Below, in pieces: positions 38,341 through 51,940 of a stretch of 64,000 bases of DNA; the first letter of the stretch is position 1; every line of letters starts with the position of its first letter. Origin of the DNA: Octopus sinensis (lineage: Eukaryota); NCBI RefSeq assembly GCF_006345805.1, contig NC_043001.1, positions 18,786,001-18,850,000 of the forward strand, in the 5' to 3' direction. Under the pieces are notes generated by a model that saw only the letters and a program-made list of their open reading frames with translations, did not search any database and had not been told where the DNA came from. The translations under genes and the position numbers were made by a program.

Positions 38341-40824
38341 CAAAGTTTTGCATGGTTATCTGAAACTAAACAATAACTGCGGTTCTTCTTTGTAGAATTC
38401 AGTATGCCAATTATTTGTTGATGCATGCTGATTTCTGCCAAGTCCATGATGCGTGACCAGGAGCATATAAAACAGTAAGAACTGAAACGATGATTTGCAT
38501 ATTCATTCTTAGCTTGTTTCAGCGAATGTGAACGTGTATATGTTAAACACTGTTGTATTTATGAGTTCGTGTTGCAAGATTCCTGATGTGAAGTCGTGTG
38601 TTGAAACAGATATTGTTGCATTTCGGGACGGTCATTATTTTTTCCCAATAAGCACAGGCACTATATATTCGTTCTTCACTCGTTTATTACTGTTCTTATT
38701 CTAACTCATGTCCATTTTTTAAATTTTTGCCAAATAAACACACGCACTATATATCTTTTCTTCACTTGTTTATTACTGTTCTTATTTTATTATTTTAATT
38801 CATGTCCATAGTCCGGAAATTTTTCGTCACACATCTGTGACCTCCTCAGCGGCACTTTCCGTTTCGTGTGTGCTCTTGCTCTACTTAGTCTTCAGAAAGT
38901 AACTATTTTTTTCAAAAGATGTTTTAACAATGTGTGTTGACCATGAGTACAGACAATCTTTGAGGAATTTAAGAGAGGGAAACAGAGTGCAAGTTCACAG
39001 GAAGGACCAGGTCACCATTCAGAACGTAACTTCTGCCCTTCCTCACCACTAACCAAATCTCACTGAAAATGGTATGGGCAGGGACTGCCTTCTCTCATAA
39101 ACTTATCCTATTTAACTAACTAAAAAAGCTCAAGCGGCAACATTTTTTTACCATCCTCCATGAAAAGTTAACTAGAGATCATCTACGCTTTCACCCTCCC
39201 TGCTTGATAAAGCAGAAAATTCTCTTTCAAATCACACCTTACTGTTCTAAAAAAAATGAAATGACACGTTGGATAATATGAGAAAATATAATGGCTTGGA
39301 CTAAACACCATTGGTATGTATGTTTGTTTGTAGCTGCTCTGGTTTAACAACTTTCCTCAGTTTAACAAAGAAGATGAGTGAAAATATGTGAAAAGCGTTT
39401 AGTTCTTTACTATCAAGATCAAATGAACATTATTAAATCCTGTTATAAATAAATTGTTGTTGACACAGAATGCTGTCGCTTTCCTTGGTGTCAGAAATTT
39501 ATCCTGACTTTAATTTCGGCTTGATTTTATTTATAAATTTTTGCTGAGATAAAAACATTATTTTATACTTGGAAAAAGTCAGAACTGATAAAATCTATAA
39601 GCACAATAACTGGTTGTCGCTAGTCTATATTTCACCCCCCCCTTTCTGTTTCCAGATCAGTTAATGTTTATTTCCCCCAAAATTGAAATAAAAATAATTT
39701 CTCAAGACAGCCATAATTTCTATATGTATATATTGTGCTATATGCTGTTGCTTAGTCTCTCGAAAGTTTGATCAAGCAAATGTATAAGCAAAGTATTCAA
39801 GCCATGACTATTCCATCTTACTGGAACATGTATCAAAGAATTCTACATTACTCTAGGTGTCCTTCTTTTTGAAGATAGTGTGGTGTGCTCTAAAAGGAAT
39901 TTAGCTGTTATTTCTTGTAAAACTGGTAAATGCCTTTGAGGTGCTCGCTTCCTTTTCAAACACGTGTATCTCCTTCGTATAAAAAAATTAGTTTTATTTT
40001 GATTCCTGCATTATCATTGCCTTCATCTTTAGAGGACTTGTTATAATCAATTTAGCGTTATTGGAATAGGTTCTCTTTGCACTCCGAGTAATTTCCTGTT
40101 CATAATTACTTGTGCTTGTCTGCTTACACATTTTGGCGGTAATGTTAAACTTCAAGTATACATAACACTAATATGTATATATATATACAAACAGTTCACA
40201 GATGTGTGTGTGTGTGTGTGTGTGTATAAATTCGTACATAAAGAAATACAATAGCAATACATTTGAAGTCAATTCATCTGAACTCAACTTCATATCTGGC
40301 AGCCATTGAAAGCATGTTTTCGTAGGCAACTGATATAATATCGATTTAGAAAATGCCTTTGTAATTATCCCAAAAGCATGATACTTTTTGCACCAGGTCG
40401 ACACTGCTCGAGAATACTGATGAATGAAAGCGTTTCACTCGTGATCATACTGCCCTTCTCAGATCTCAGTGTGATCTGAGGACAACATCGATGCTACTCC
40501 TTGCAAGCTAAGTGTCTGTGCACAAACTTCTCGTTGGTTCGAACTGTACTTATAATAGCGATAGGCGAAGTACTGACCTTTCATATTCTTAACGTTATGA
40601 ATGTATACAATTAACGATACAATTATTGTTTCACAGAAAAGGATTTAATCTATCGATATTTCATTAAGAACAATAGCAATCTTTGATCGAATGCAGTTTA
40701 CTAACACTTAAATCATCATGACAAATTACCTAATCCATATAAATATTGAAGATCAAACAACATATTGATGTATTCTACAATGGCTCAGAAAGCAGCATGC
40801 TAAATAACTGAACGATACTATATA

Positions 40825-41039
40825 GGCGTAGGATTGGCTGCGTGGTAAGTAGCTTGCTTACGAACTACATGGTTTCGGGTTCAGTCCCACCGCGTGGCAC
40901 TTTGGGCAAGTGTCTTCTACTATAGCCTCGGGCCGACCAAAGCCTTGTGAGTGGATTTGGTAGACAGAAACTGAAAGAAGACCGTCGTATATATGTATAT
41001 ATGTATATGTATGTATATATGTATATATACATATATATA

Positions 41040-41080
<41 letters not shown>

Positions 41081-41305
41081 TATATATAATATATATATGT
41101 ATGTATGTATGTGTGTGTATATGTTTGTGTGTCTCAGTTTGTTCTCCTCCCCAACATCGCTTGACAACCGATGTTGGTGTGTTTACGTCCCCGTAAATTA
41201 GCGTTTCGGCAAAAGAGACCGATAGAATAAGTACTAGGCTTACAAAGAATAAGTCCTAGGGTCGATTTGCTCCAGTACGGCCACAGTCAAATGACTGAAA
41301 CACGT
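40825..41305 (+). mobile_element. SINE-A with an expanded internal (TA)n
   Basis: Head and tail match; the internal tract has grown to ~130 bp. Confidence 0.9.
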
Positions 41306-41346
41306 AACGATTGATAGATTGAAAGATAATAGCATAGGAAAAAGAG

Positions 41347-41556
41347 CGGTGAGCAGCCAGAATCGTTAGCACGCCGGGCGAGATGCTTAGCAACATTTCG
41401 TCCGTCCTTACGTCTTGTGTTCAAATACCACCGAGTTCGACTTTGCCTTTCATTCTTTCGGGGTCGATAAAATAAGTACAAGTTGAACCCTGGGGTCGAT
41501 GTAATCACCTTACCCCTCCCCGAAATTGCTAGCCTTGTGCCAAAATGTGAAACTAA
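41347..41556 (-). mobile_element. SINE-B, short-tail variant
   Basis: Head agccagaatcgttagcacgccgggcg and body gactttgcctttcattctttcggggtcg read on the + strand, so the strand call is uncertain. Confidence 0.5.
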
Positions 41557-42280
41557 TATAAGAGTATAGGAAGCAATCCTATAACAAAGCTATGTAAAAG
41601 AACCAAATGATTCGCAATGAGTTAAAGACTACACAATGGTACTTTTATGAATAAAGTGTGTATGACTCATGCTCACGGTGACACGCAGTGGAATCGAACC
41701 GGGATCGACGTGTATGAGAAGCAAAATAATCCACACAGTCACAGTTGCAGCCATTTGCTTTTTCTTCAGAACTTTTCTCTTAGCATAAATTAAATTGAAA
41801 CATCGAAATCGCGAATCTCAATGCATTTAACGTTTGATTCTCGTTTAGCTGTATTTTTGTTGTTGTTGCTGGTGCAAGAATTCGACAGTGGCTTAATATA
41901 TCTTATGGATTTATTCAGACTACAATAACACGATAAAGTAGGTCTACCTTATAACACGATGATCCGCAGAGCAAATAATCAATGGCAGTTATTAAGCAAA
42001 CAAGTGATAAACATTCGCTTTCATCTGATCGTGGATATTTTCCTCATTAAATATTCGCACTCATTCCCCAACAGCTTAGGTGAAAAGTTCTGAAGAAAAA
42101 GCAAGTGGCCGCAACAAGTGTGACTGTGTGGCTTATTTTGCTTCTCATACCCGTCGATTCTGGTTCGATCCCATTGCGTTTCACCGTAAGCATGAGTCAT
42201 CTGTCATGGTCTTTGGTTAACCAATAACACGTGAACTTTTGTGGTCGATCTTCGTGAACGAGGAGTGAGTGAAATCCGTC

Positions 42281-42349
<69 letters not shown>

Positions 42350-42415
42350 CTTCCCCCTCTCTCTCACGCACGCACACACATGCACATTATATATATGTAT
42401 ATATGCATATATATG

Positions 42416-42463
<48 letters not shown>

Positions 42464-42528
42464 GTGTATATATATATGTATATATATATGTATATATGTG
42501 TGTGTGTATATATATGTGTATATATATA

Positions 42529-42568
<40 letters not shown>

Positions 42569-42660
42569 TATGTATATATACATATATATAATGTGCATAT
42601 ATATATATATATATAATATATATATATAGATAGATAGATAGATAGATAGATAGGTAGATT

Positions 42661-42739
<79 letters not shown>

Positions 42740-42740
42740 G
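42281..42740. repeat. Inverted compound microsatellite (TATC)n..(TA)n..(GATA)n
   Basis: tgcacattatatatg at ~42381 mirrored by catatatataatgtgca at ~42581. Confidence 0.85.
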
Positions 42741-43048
42741 GATTGATAGATATGAGTGCGTGTACGTGTCTTCGTACTTTTGTTTGTCAACCGCAATCAC
42801 TTCACAACCGGCGTTAGCTTGTTTACACCGCCGTAACATACCAGTTGGGAAGCGAGCTTCTTACCACACAGTATATTTGATCATTGGTCTGTTCGATCAC
42901 AGCTGGACAATAACTCTTTGGCCATTTACTAGCTGTGTTATACTTTACTCTCTCGAACATTGCACTCTTTCAGTTGAGGATCCTGATTTCTGGTCTAAGC
43001 TGAGGCAAAGAATGATCAATCAGTAGTTTAGAACTTGGGAATATTTTA

Positions 43049-43450
43049 CTAGGAGTGACTGTGTGGTAAGTAGGTTGCTTACCAACCACATGGTTCTGGG
43101 TTCAGTCCCACTGCGTGGAACCTTGGGCAGGTGTCTTTTACTATAGCCTCGGGCCGACCAAAGCCTTGTGAGTGGATTTGGTGGACGGAAACTGAAAGAA
43201 GCCCGTCATATATATGTATATATATGTGTGTATATGTTTGTGTCTGTTTGTCAACTCAACATATCTTGACAACAAACGCTGGTGTGTTTACATCCCCGTA
43301 ACTTAGCAGTTTGGCAAAAAGAGACCGACAGAATAAGTACTAGGCTTACAAAGACTAAGTTCTGGGGTCGATTTGCTCGACTAAAGGCGGTGCTCCAACA
43401 TGGCCACAGTCAAATGACTGAAACAAGTAAAAGAATAAAAGAAATAAGAA
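43049..43450 (+). mobile_element. SINE-A, full length
   Basis: Matches the other copies. Confidence 0.9.
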
Positions 43451-44171
43451 TAAAGAATAAAAGAAAGAATAATGATTGAAGAGAAAATATATTTTGTCGA
43501 CACGAAGGCAAGATTCTCTTATACTTGTTGATACGAAAATTTGACTCGCTTGATTCAACAATAAATAAAACATGTGAAATTAGCCGAGAGGCGTAGAGTA
43601 AAACTATGCGTCTCAATGTATAGCAGACATTTTGAGAAAAGAAGTTAGCTTCTTAGTGAGCAATCAAAGGAATGTGTGAATTCACAATGAAAATGCTAAT
43701 GCCGGACCATTTAAGTATAGGGTATAAAAATTATTAATAAAGTGTTGTGAGCTAGTTTTCATATACAATAATGCTTTATTTAATCAATAAGGCAAAACAA
43801 GAAAAAGTACTTTTCGCAACAACAATAAGAGCTCGGAAAATGCAATCTCCAGGAACAATTGTAGCAATTACCGCTGGAGCTAGAACTATATAATTTTGTA
43901 AAATAACAACAGAAGCGGAAATAGGCAGGAGAGTTTCTGAATTTCATGTATTTTTATGTATATACGTATGGATACATCTATGGATAAAAAAAGCAATTAC
44001 ATTTATGTGCAAGTAAAGTTGCATATAATACATCTAACGGTATGCATATGGAATATCTCTGAAAGTATGCCACTAAGTTAAAAGTACAACGCTGTTGCTT
44101 AATATAAATAAAACTATAGGAAATCATATAAATCTGTTGTAGGAAGCACTCCCAGACTGTCTTCTATTTAG

Positions 44172-44470
44172 TGTTGTTGTTTCTTCCTTCTCGAGCCATG
44201 CCTGGCTCATAAAGACCGGTTTTCCGGTTTCATCGGGGTATAGGTTCCCCACTTGGACGGGACTCCGGTCCATCGTAGGAGAGCTACTAGATGCAGGAGG
44301 AAAGAGTGAGAGAAAGTCGTAGCAAAAGAGTCAGCAGAAGTTCGCCATTACCTTCTGCCGGAGCAGTGTGTAGTTTAGGTGTTTCGCACATAAACTCACA
44401 CATCACCCGGTCTGAGATTCGAACTCGCAATCCCTCGATCGCGAGTCCGCTGCTCTAACCACTAGACCAT
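44172..44470 (-). mobile_element. SINE-C with tail 3
   Basis: Reverse complement of the 47391-47693 copy. Confidence 0.85.
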
Positions 44471-45045
44471 GTTGTCTCCACTTTTCTATTAAGTAGCACC
44501 ATGGAGATTTGAAGGATCCACTTTTATATCTCATACATTAAGGCGTATAATATCTATACAAGATAGATTTAAAATATGTGGGCGGCAATAGTTAGCTTAC
44601 ATAATTTTTTTCCCCAGAACCATGTATGAATGTTTATTAGTTTTTAATCACTGCTGCGCCTTAGGGTGGGGAAAATGTTATTCAAATATATTTTCTATGT
44701 GAATGTGCATAGAATTAATACATCCAGACAGACACACAAATACATCAGAAACTCTTCAGATATAGCCATTAATGTACTCGTAATCTTAGTCAGTTCATTC
44801 AACAAAATAGTCCATTGGGTAACATAAAAAATCTTTTTCGGCTTTTGCCTGAAGAAATATTTCAAAACATGATGTTAACATTTTGAATGTGGTGGTGGTA
44901 AACACAGGAGGCGATATGAAAGGGGAACCAAATGAAATTAAAAAAAATACTTCGAAATAAAAGTGATTTGCCATCTCTCTCACTCTTTCTCTATCTCTCT
45001 ATCTGTCCGTCTATCTAACTCTCCTTTTATCTCTCTCACTGTACA

Positions 45046-45103
<58 letters not shown>

Positions 45104-45186
45104 CACAGACATACACACAAACACACTCACATTCAAGTGTGTGTGTGTCTGTGAGTTGTGTGACTATATGTATGTATGTATGTATG

Positions 45187-45235
<49 letters not shown>

Positions 45236-45351
45236 AAAAAATGAAGTTCGAAAATGCTGCTGTATTATACAATTTTAAATTTTTATATATACATTATAAC
45301 ATGTTTCATTTTTTACAAATATATACCTACTCGTATACGAGCTAATCCTAT

Positions 45352-45381
<30 letters not shown>

Positions 45382-45382
<1 letters not shown>

Positions 45383-46808
45383 CATATCATCAAGGTATTT
45401 GAGAGGGTGCTGAGATCGCGTATGACTCACTTCCTTGAGAGTCATAATATGCTGAACCCCAACCAGCATGGATTCCGTAATGGGAGAGATTGCCTGACGC
45501 AGCTACTGCATCATTTTGATGACATTTTGAGAGACTTGGGAGAGGGTTCCAACACTGATGTCATCTACCTTGATTTCAGCAAGGCCTTTGACAGGGTTGA
45601 TCATAAGATCCTTCTGAGAAAGCTGTCCAATATTGGTGTCACTGGAAAGCTGCTGCAATGGATCAAGTGCTTCCTCTCTAACAGAACCCAACATGTTGTA
45701 GTCGAGGGAGTCAAATCCAGCCCAGCCAAAGTCAGCAGTGGTGTCCCACAAGGCACTGTGTTGGGCCCACTTCTCTTCATCATCTACATAAATGATATTA
45801 CTGACACCATCAAACACAGCAACATCAGAACCTTCGCTGATGATTCCAAGCTCCAGAAGGTCATCAATGGCGTGGATGACCGAATAAACCTTCAGTCAGA
45901 CCTACTGGCTGTTGTCCAATGGGCGGAAAAGAATAACATGTTGCTAAATGAAGACAAATTCGAACTGATCCACTTTGAAGGGAGGACGCTCTGAAACTCC
46001 CATACTCTCTTCCTTCTGGAGAAATTCTCATGGCATCCAACAACATCAGAGACCTGGGAGTAACAGTGGACAACAACATAAGCTGGGCTACACATATAAG
46101 CAGCAAAGTTGACATGGCCCGCAGAATGTGTTCCTGGATTCTCAGAACCTTCCAGTCGAGAGATTCCCACGCTATTATCCTTCTCTTCTCCACTTTTGCC
46201 CGACCCCACCTTGAATACTGCTGTCCACTGTGGTCTCCCTACACAAAACAAAATATTATGAGAATTGAAGCTCCCCAAAGGTCAATCACAAAAAAGATAG
46301 ATGGCATGTCAGACCTTGACTACTGGGGTAGACTAGAGAAGCTGAAATTGTATTCACTCCAACGACGCTGTGAACGCTACATTATCTGTATGATGTGGAA
46401 AATATTCCATCAGCACTGTCCGAATGATGTTGGCATCACCTTCAAAATGCATCCAAGGCTTGGACCACGTGCCATCCGTCCACAACAAAAATCTAAATCG
46501 CATCACATAACGACAATACGGCACAACTATTTCACCTCAATTGGACCTGCTCTCTTCAACATTACACCAGGACACGTCAAAAAAGAAACTGACCACACAA
46601 AATTCAAGAAGTCTTTGGACAAATTCCTTCAAAAAGTACCGGACAAACCACCCACACCCGGATATGTCTCCGCAAACAATAACTCTCTGCTCGAATGGGC
46701 CTTGGTGCCCAAATCCTGAACTGAAAGACTTCGCCAGGTGGTGCTATTAAGTTAGACATGGCCCGGGCCAATACTGGCCCAAAACCTTTCTAAGTTATTA
46801 TTCTAAGT

Positions 46809-46810
<2 letters not shown>
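45382..46810 (+). mobile_element. 5'-truncated CR1-group LINE (RT to 3' end), same family as 31935, within (TA)n
   Basis: HIIKVFERVLRS..FADDSKLQ..PDKPPTPGYVSANNNSLLEWALVPKS*; frameshift near 45978; TA arrays on both sides. Confidence 0.95.
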
Positions 46811-46840
<30 letters not shown>

Positions 46841-46848
46841 TATAGAAG

Positions 46849-46903
46849 GAGCTTCTACAGGACTAGAACTGTTTCATTCAAGAGAAATCTTCAGGAAGCC
46901 ACC
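46849..46903 (-). ncRNA. Type I hammerhead ribozyme motif
   Basis: GCUUC-CUGAAGA-U(UUC UCUU GAA)U-GAA-ACAG(UUCUAGUC)CUGU-A-GAAGC; stems I and III pair, GUA triplet, U-U at 10.1/11.1. Confidence 0.7.
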
Positions 46904-46940
46904 ATACATATATATATTATATATATATATATATATATAG

Positions 46941-46982
<42 letters not shown>

Positions 46983-47027
46983 GTATATATATATGTATAT
47001 ATATATATGTATATATATATGTATATG

Positions 47028-47059
<32 letters not shown>

Positions 47060-47085
47060 TATATTATAATATATATTATATATAT

Positions 47086-47146
<61 letters not shown>

Positions 47147-47177
47147 TATTAATATATATATATATATCTATATATAT

Positions 47178-47209
<32 letters not shown>

Positions 47210-47239
47210 ATATTATATATAATATATAATATATATATA

Positions 47240-47300
<61 letters not shown>

Positions 47301-47318
47301 TATATATATATAATTATA

Positions 47319-47383
<65 letters not shown>

Positions 47384-47390
47384 ATATATG

Positions 47391-47693
47391 GTGGAGGCGC
47401 ATGGCCTAGTGGTTAGAGCAGCGGACTCGCGGTCGAGGGATTGCGGGTTCGAATCTCAGACCGGGCGATGTGTGTGTTTATGAGCGAAAACACCTAAGCA
47501 CCACGCGGCTCCGACATAAGGTAATAGCGAACTTCTGCTGACTCTTTTGCCACGACTTTCTCTCACTCTTTCCTCCTGCATCTTGCAGCTCACCTGCGAC
47601 GGACCGGCGTCCCGTCCAAGTGGGGAACCTATACGCCAAGGAATCCGGGAAACCGACCCTATGAGCCAGGCATGGCTCGAGAGGGAACAAACA
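47391..47693 (+). mobile_element. SINE-C with tail 3
   Basis: ggaggcgcatggcctagtggttagagc head; ends ctcgagagggaacaaacaaa. Confidence 0.88.
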
Positions 47694-48842
47694 AATGTAT
47701 GTATATAAGTGTATCAATGTATAATTTTATACATATTATTTATCTGTCGTCTGTTTGTTTGACTCATTGGACAACTGCCACATAAAGGCAACGCCTTCTG
47801 TCAATTAGACAATCACATCACCCGCTCCCACTATTTTGAGCTAGCACTATTTATCCATCTGTCTATCCATTTATCTATCCATAGACACACATATTGCGCG
47901 CGCCCATACGTATAATATAATATAATATATTTACATATATAGACACACATACACAGACAGACAGTTTCCCGTCTGTTTATGCAATATTCCGTTTGCAGTT
48001 TCACTTTAGCACGGTTTTCGTTGTGATGAAATACTCTTGACTTTACGTATATCCTTTACAAATATCGTTTCGTCATCTCTTCATTTCCGGTTTGGTTTTT
48101 TCTATTTCCCATCGATTTTTCTCTCATTTTACGTTTATTTCACTTTTACTATATCGAATGTTAATGGCACGCTATAGAAACAGTTAAGTTATTCTTTTAT
48201 TCTTTGTTTAATATTGTTTACAATTGAATGACGGCGTTGAAAATATTGAATTAAAAAGTGACTTTGAAGTCAATTTCTCTAAAAATGAAAATTGAAATTT
48301 TAAATCCACATCAAACTAGAAACAATTCTACAGAAACAGCGAAACAGTTTAATATAATTTAATATAAACGAAGTAGCTGTAATTTAATAAAACAAAGAAA
48401 AACTTTAGTAGCATAATTACAGGATCTTCCATAACTTCTAACTTACATTCGTAGTTTCAATACGGAAAGACTGGAGAAGATCTATTATTTTGAATGGATG
48501 ATAAAACCTAATAAGGATTGCTTATGGACAGCTTCGCTCTACAAGAAACCTATAGAATTTTTTTTTATCAATTCAACCTTACAAACAAAACATTTAATCA
48601 ACAGCAACCTGGACTTTCAAATGATAAAGATTGGTTTGAAATATTTTAAACATTCAACACATCATTTTGCTTGATGAGGTAGATTAAGCATTAAGAAGAA
48701 TGTCAAACATTTTTTTCCTACAATTAACTAAAATAAGTCTTCTACTCTTAAAAACAAATATTTGGTACCGATGAGCCTAGTCTATTTTGGTAGTAAATAT
48801 TAAAAAGAACTCTTGTATCAAGAGTGGTATATGCAGACTCAA

Positions 48843-49073
48843 GGCGGCGAGCTGGCAGAAACATTAGCACGCCGGGCGAAATGCTTAGCGGTATTTCGCC
48901 TACCGCTACGTTCTGAGTTCAAATTCCGCCGAGGTCGACTTTGCTTTTCATCCTTTCGGGGTCGATTAAATAAGTACCAGTTACGCACTGGGGTCGATAT
49001 AATCGACTTAATCCGTTTGTCTGTCCTTGTTTGTCCCCTCATTGTTTAGCCCCTTGTAGGTAGTAAAGAAATA
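48843..49073 (+). mobile_element. SINE-B monomer, full length, 17 bp TSD
   Basis: ggtatatgcagactcaa at 48826-48842 and 49074-49090. Confidence 0.95.
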
Positions 49074-49579
49074 GGTATATGCAGACTCAAAACATGCATG
49101 AGGTAGACTTACAATATTATCATTATGCTGTAATGCACTAAACGATTGTTACTTAAAGCTATTATCAGTTATTTTGCTATATGTAAATATAAACAATGAC
49201 ACAGACACAGAGGCTCGCCTACGTATACGGTTATATGTATGTTTACGTTTTTCGTGTATATCATCCACAATACCCGATTCGATTTATACGGTGGCTCGCT
49301 CCTCATATCTGCCATATAAACCGAAAAACAACTGTATACATACATACATACATACATACATACATACATACATAGATTCATTCATACATTCATTCTCCAC
49401 GCGAGATTTTTATGCAAATAGATGTAAACACTTGGATGGGTGCATCGACAGCTCAACCAACACACTAACTCAACCACCTATCTAAAAACACCTTGACTCG
49501 AAAAGTCGAAAAGTCTTGTTGCTTTGTTAGGAACCGGCTTGAACTCCCTCAAAAAGAACTTAAATTTAATTCCAAGAAA

Positions 49580-49752
49580 ATTCATAGATAGATAGAGATA
49601 GATAGATAGATAAATAGATAGATAGATAGATAGATAGACAGATAGATAGATAGATAGATAGATAGTTAGATAGATAGAGATAGATAGATAGATAGAGATA
49701 GATAGATAGATAGATAGAGATAGATAGATAGATAGATAGATAAATAGATATA
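49580..49752. repeat. (GATA)n microsatellite
   Basis: Direct reading. Confidence 0.95.
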
Positions 49753-50099
49753 TAGATACATACATATATACATACAGACATGCATACATACATGTATACA
49801 TAGAGCATACATGCTTGCATACCTTTAAATTTCAGTCAACCACTCCCCACCTATACCGTGGGTTTCTCAATATCTTTTCTACTGTAGGCACAAGACCTGA
49901 AATTTTAGGATTTTGGTTAATCGATTTCATTGATTCCTGTGCTCAACAGGTACTTATTTTATCGATCTTTTAAAGAATGACAAAGTTGAACTCGGCGGAA
50001 AACTGGAAGAACTACTGCTAAGCATTTTGTCCGGCATGTTAACGGTTCTACCAGCTTGCAGCCTTTGGGTTTCTTAATATCGGAATTGTTTTAAATTAG

Positions 50100-51280
50100 C
50101 TATCTTATCCTCGTGCTCTACCATTCTGCGGTTTGATTGTGCTGTGTGCATTTTATTCTGTAATTTCTGTAACTTGGCCAGTCATTATGACTTCCATGAT
50201 TTGCAAGACTTATTTCTGTCTCTATTGTATAGTTTCTGGTAGAACTTCAATTCTCTTTCTTCAATCCTATTTTTGCATTCTGTGATAATTCCAGCTTCTT
50301 TTAATACTGTTGTTATTTTGCCGTACCTTTTATTAATGTCCTTTATCCGAATATTTAAATCATTTCCATCGTTAAATTGCTTTTTCTGTTATGTTAACGT
50401 TTCTATTCAGTAGCTCTTTCATGATTTCTTTCTTATCTCTTCATTCAGTTCTGTTGCTTCTGTCTTAACTGAACTGATTGAAACTGTTTTCGTTTCTACA
50501 TCGGATCAAGGCTTTTCAGAAACTGCTTGTGGCACTTCTCGTGATTTTTTAGCTCTTTTAACGAAGTCTTTTCCTATGTTGTTGTTCAAAATTTATATCT
50601 TCTGTTTATATCAGTTGTTCGGTAAGGGCCGTGTGAAGTTGGAAATTATAAATTAGTCGCATAGCTCCCTGTATTTGTTTGTTCTTGGAATAGGGTAGTG
50701 TATTTTCTTTCTAAATTCGATTTGAGGTTTGTCTCTCACCATTCTGTATTCACCACATGTTAATAACTTCAAAACTTCAAATAATGTTTGTGATAATGCT
50801 ATTTATCATATCTAAGAATTCTTAGTTTTCATTTCTCCTTCTATATATACTGTTTCTCCTTCCTAACAAGACTAAACATCTGCTTGTCGTATCTTGGCGC
50901 TTTGCTCTTCCATTATGATTGTATTATAGGCTTTGCGATGGCCGATTGCTTCGGCAATCGTTTCATAGAATATTTCCAATTTTTGTTTGGATACTGGCAG
51001 ACGCTGGTGAATACAGTCGGATTATTTGAGATTGTATATCTCGATATATTCGAAGGAAGGCTGGCGACTCAATCAGAACTGATAAGAAATTCCTCGCCGC
51101 TGTTCTTCATTGTTTATTGACTTGGAAATCCACTGTTTTGTTTATTATCCGTCTATAATTATGTGGTTAAAGAAGTGGTGTTCTTTTTAATTGTTCGTGT
51201 CACCACTTCGCTAAATCTTCGATTTTCTCTGAGGTCAATGACGAGCTATATTTTTTCCTGTTTTTCTATTTCGTCCCTGT
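50100..51280 (-). mobile_element. Decayed RTE-type LINE (APE endonuclease region)
   Basis: Remnant LEIFYETIAEAIGHRKAYNTIIM..AKI resembles the RTE endonuclease E.FY..L..I...IIMGDFNAKIG motif; many stops. Confidence 0.55.
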
Positions 51281-51329
51281 TTCAGAAGCGATCATAAAAA
51301 AGTGATCGAAATTAGAAGTGTTACTTTTG

Positions 51330-51940
51330 GTTTCAATGCCATATCTGTTCGGTATGCCTGTTTTTTTAAGTATCAGAATCACATTAATGGACATGTAGAA
51401 TGGTTTTCAACATTCTGTCTACATGCCCACTAAAAGGATTCCCCGCGAAGGATCTCTGGATATTATATCACACGTTCGGATGCCTTCTACTCAACTCTCG
51501 ACTCACTCTCCTGACCGCTACTCAACTGTGCTCTACGACGTCTAGACTCGTCTGGGGGCATCTACACAACACTGGAGTAGCTTTACTCGACAGGATGATG
51601 CCTAGGAGATCAGGAAATCTTTCCAGGTCGAACCGCTACTTCCCTCCCAGGAGAGCTCACATCTCCAGTACCATGGACATGTATTAAGAATGTCGCAGGA
51701 GAAGATCCCAAGATATATTCTTCTAAGCTGAGCCCATCTTCAGGAGACCTTGGAGTAAATCACGGGCGAGATGCTGGATGATATCCATAGTTTCATCTGG
51801 TTACGCTTGGGAACTTAGCAGGAAAGTTTCATGACGGATGTTTCTCATAGAAATCCTATGGAAGAGGTGCCTGCAGACTCTACTCCCATGACACTTCCAG
51901 GAATAGAGGGCAGTGAAAATGGTTGGATGGATTGATGGAC
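51330..51940 (+). mobile_element. Decayed RTE-type LINE 3' end with (GGAT)n-like tail
   Basis: Remnants LQYHGHVLRMSQEKIPRYILL and CWMISIVSSGYAW; ends ggttggatggattgatgg. Confidence 0.6.

Noticed and set aside
40428-40450. ctgatgaatgaaagcgtttc hammerhead-like text
   Set aside because: No stem II and no stem I pairing.
43790-43950. Hydrophobic minus-strand frame (LAPAVIATIVPGDCIFRAL..)
   Set aside because: T-rich strand bias explains the hydrophobicity; weak splice sites.
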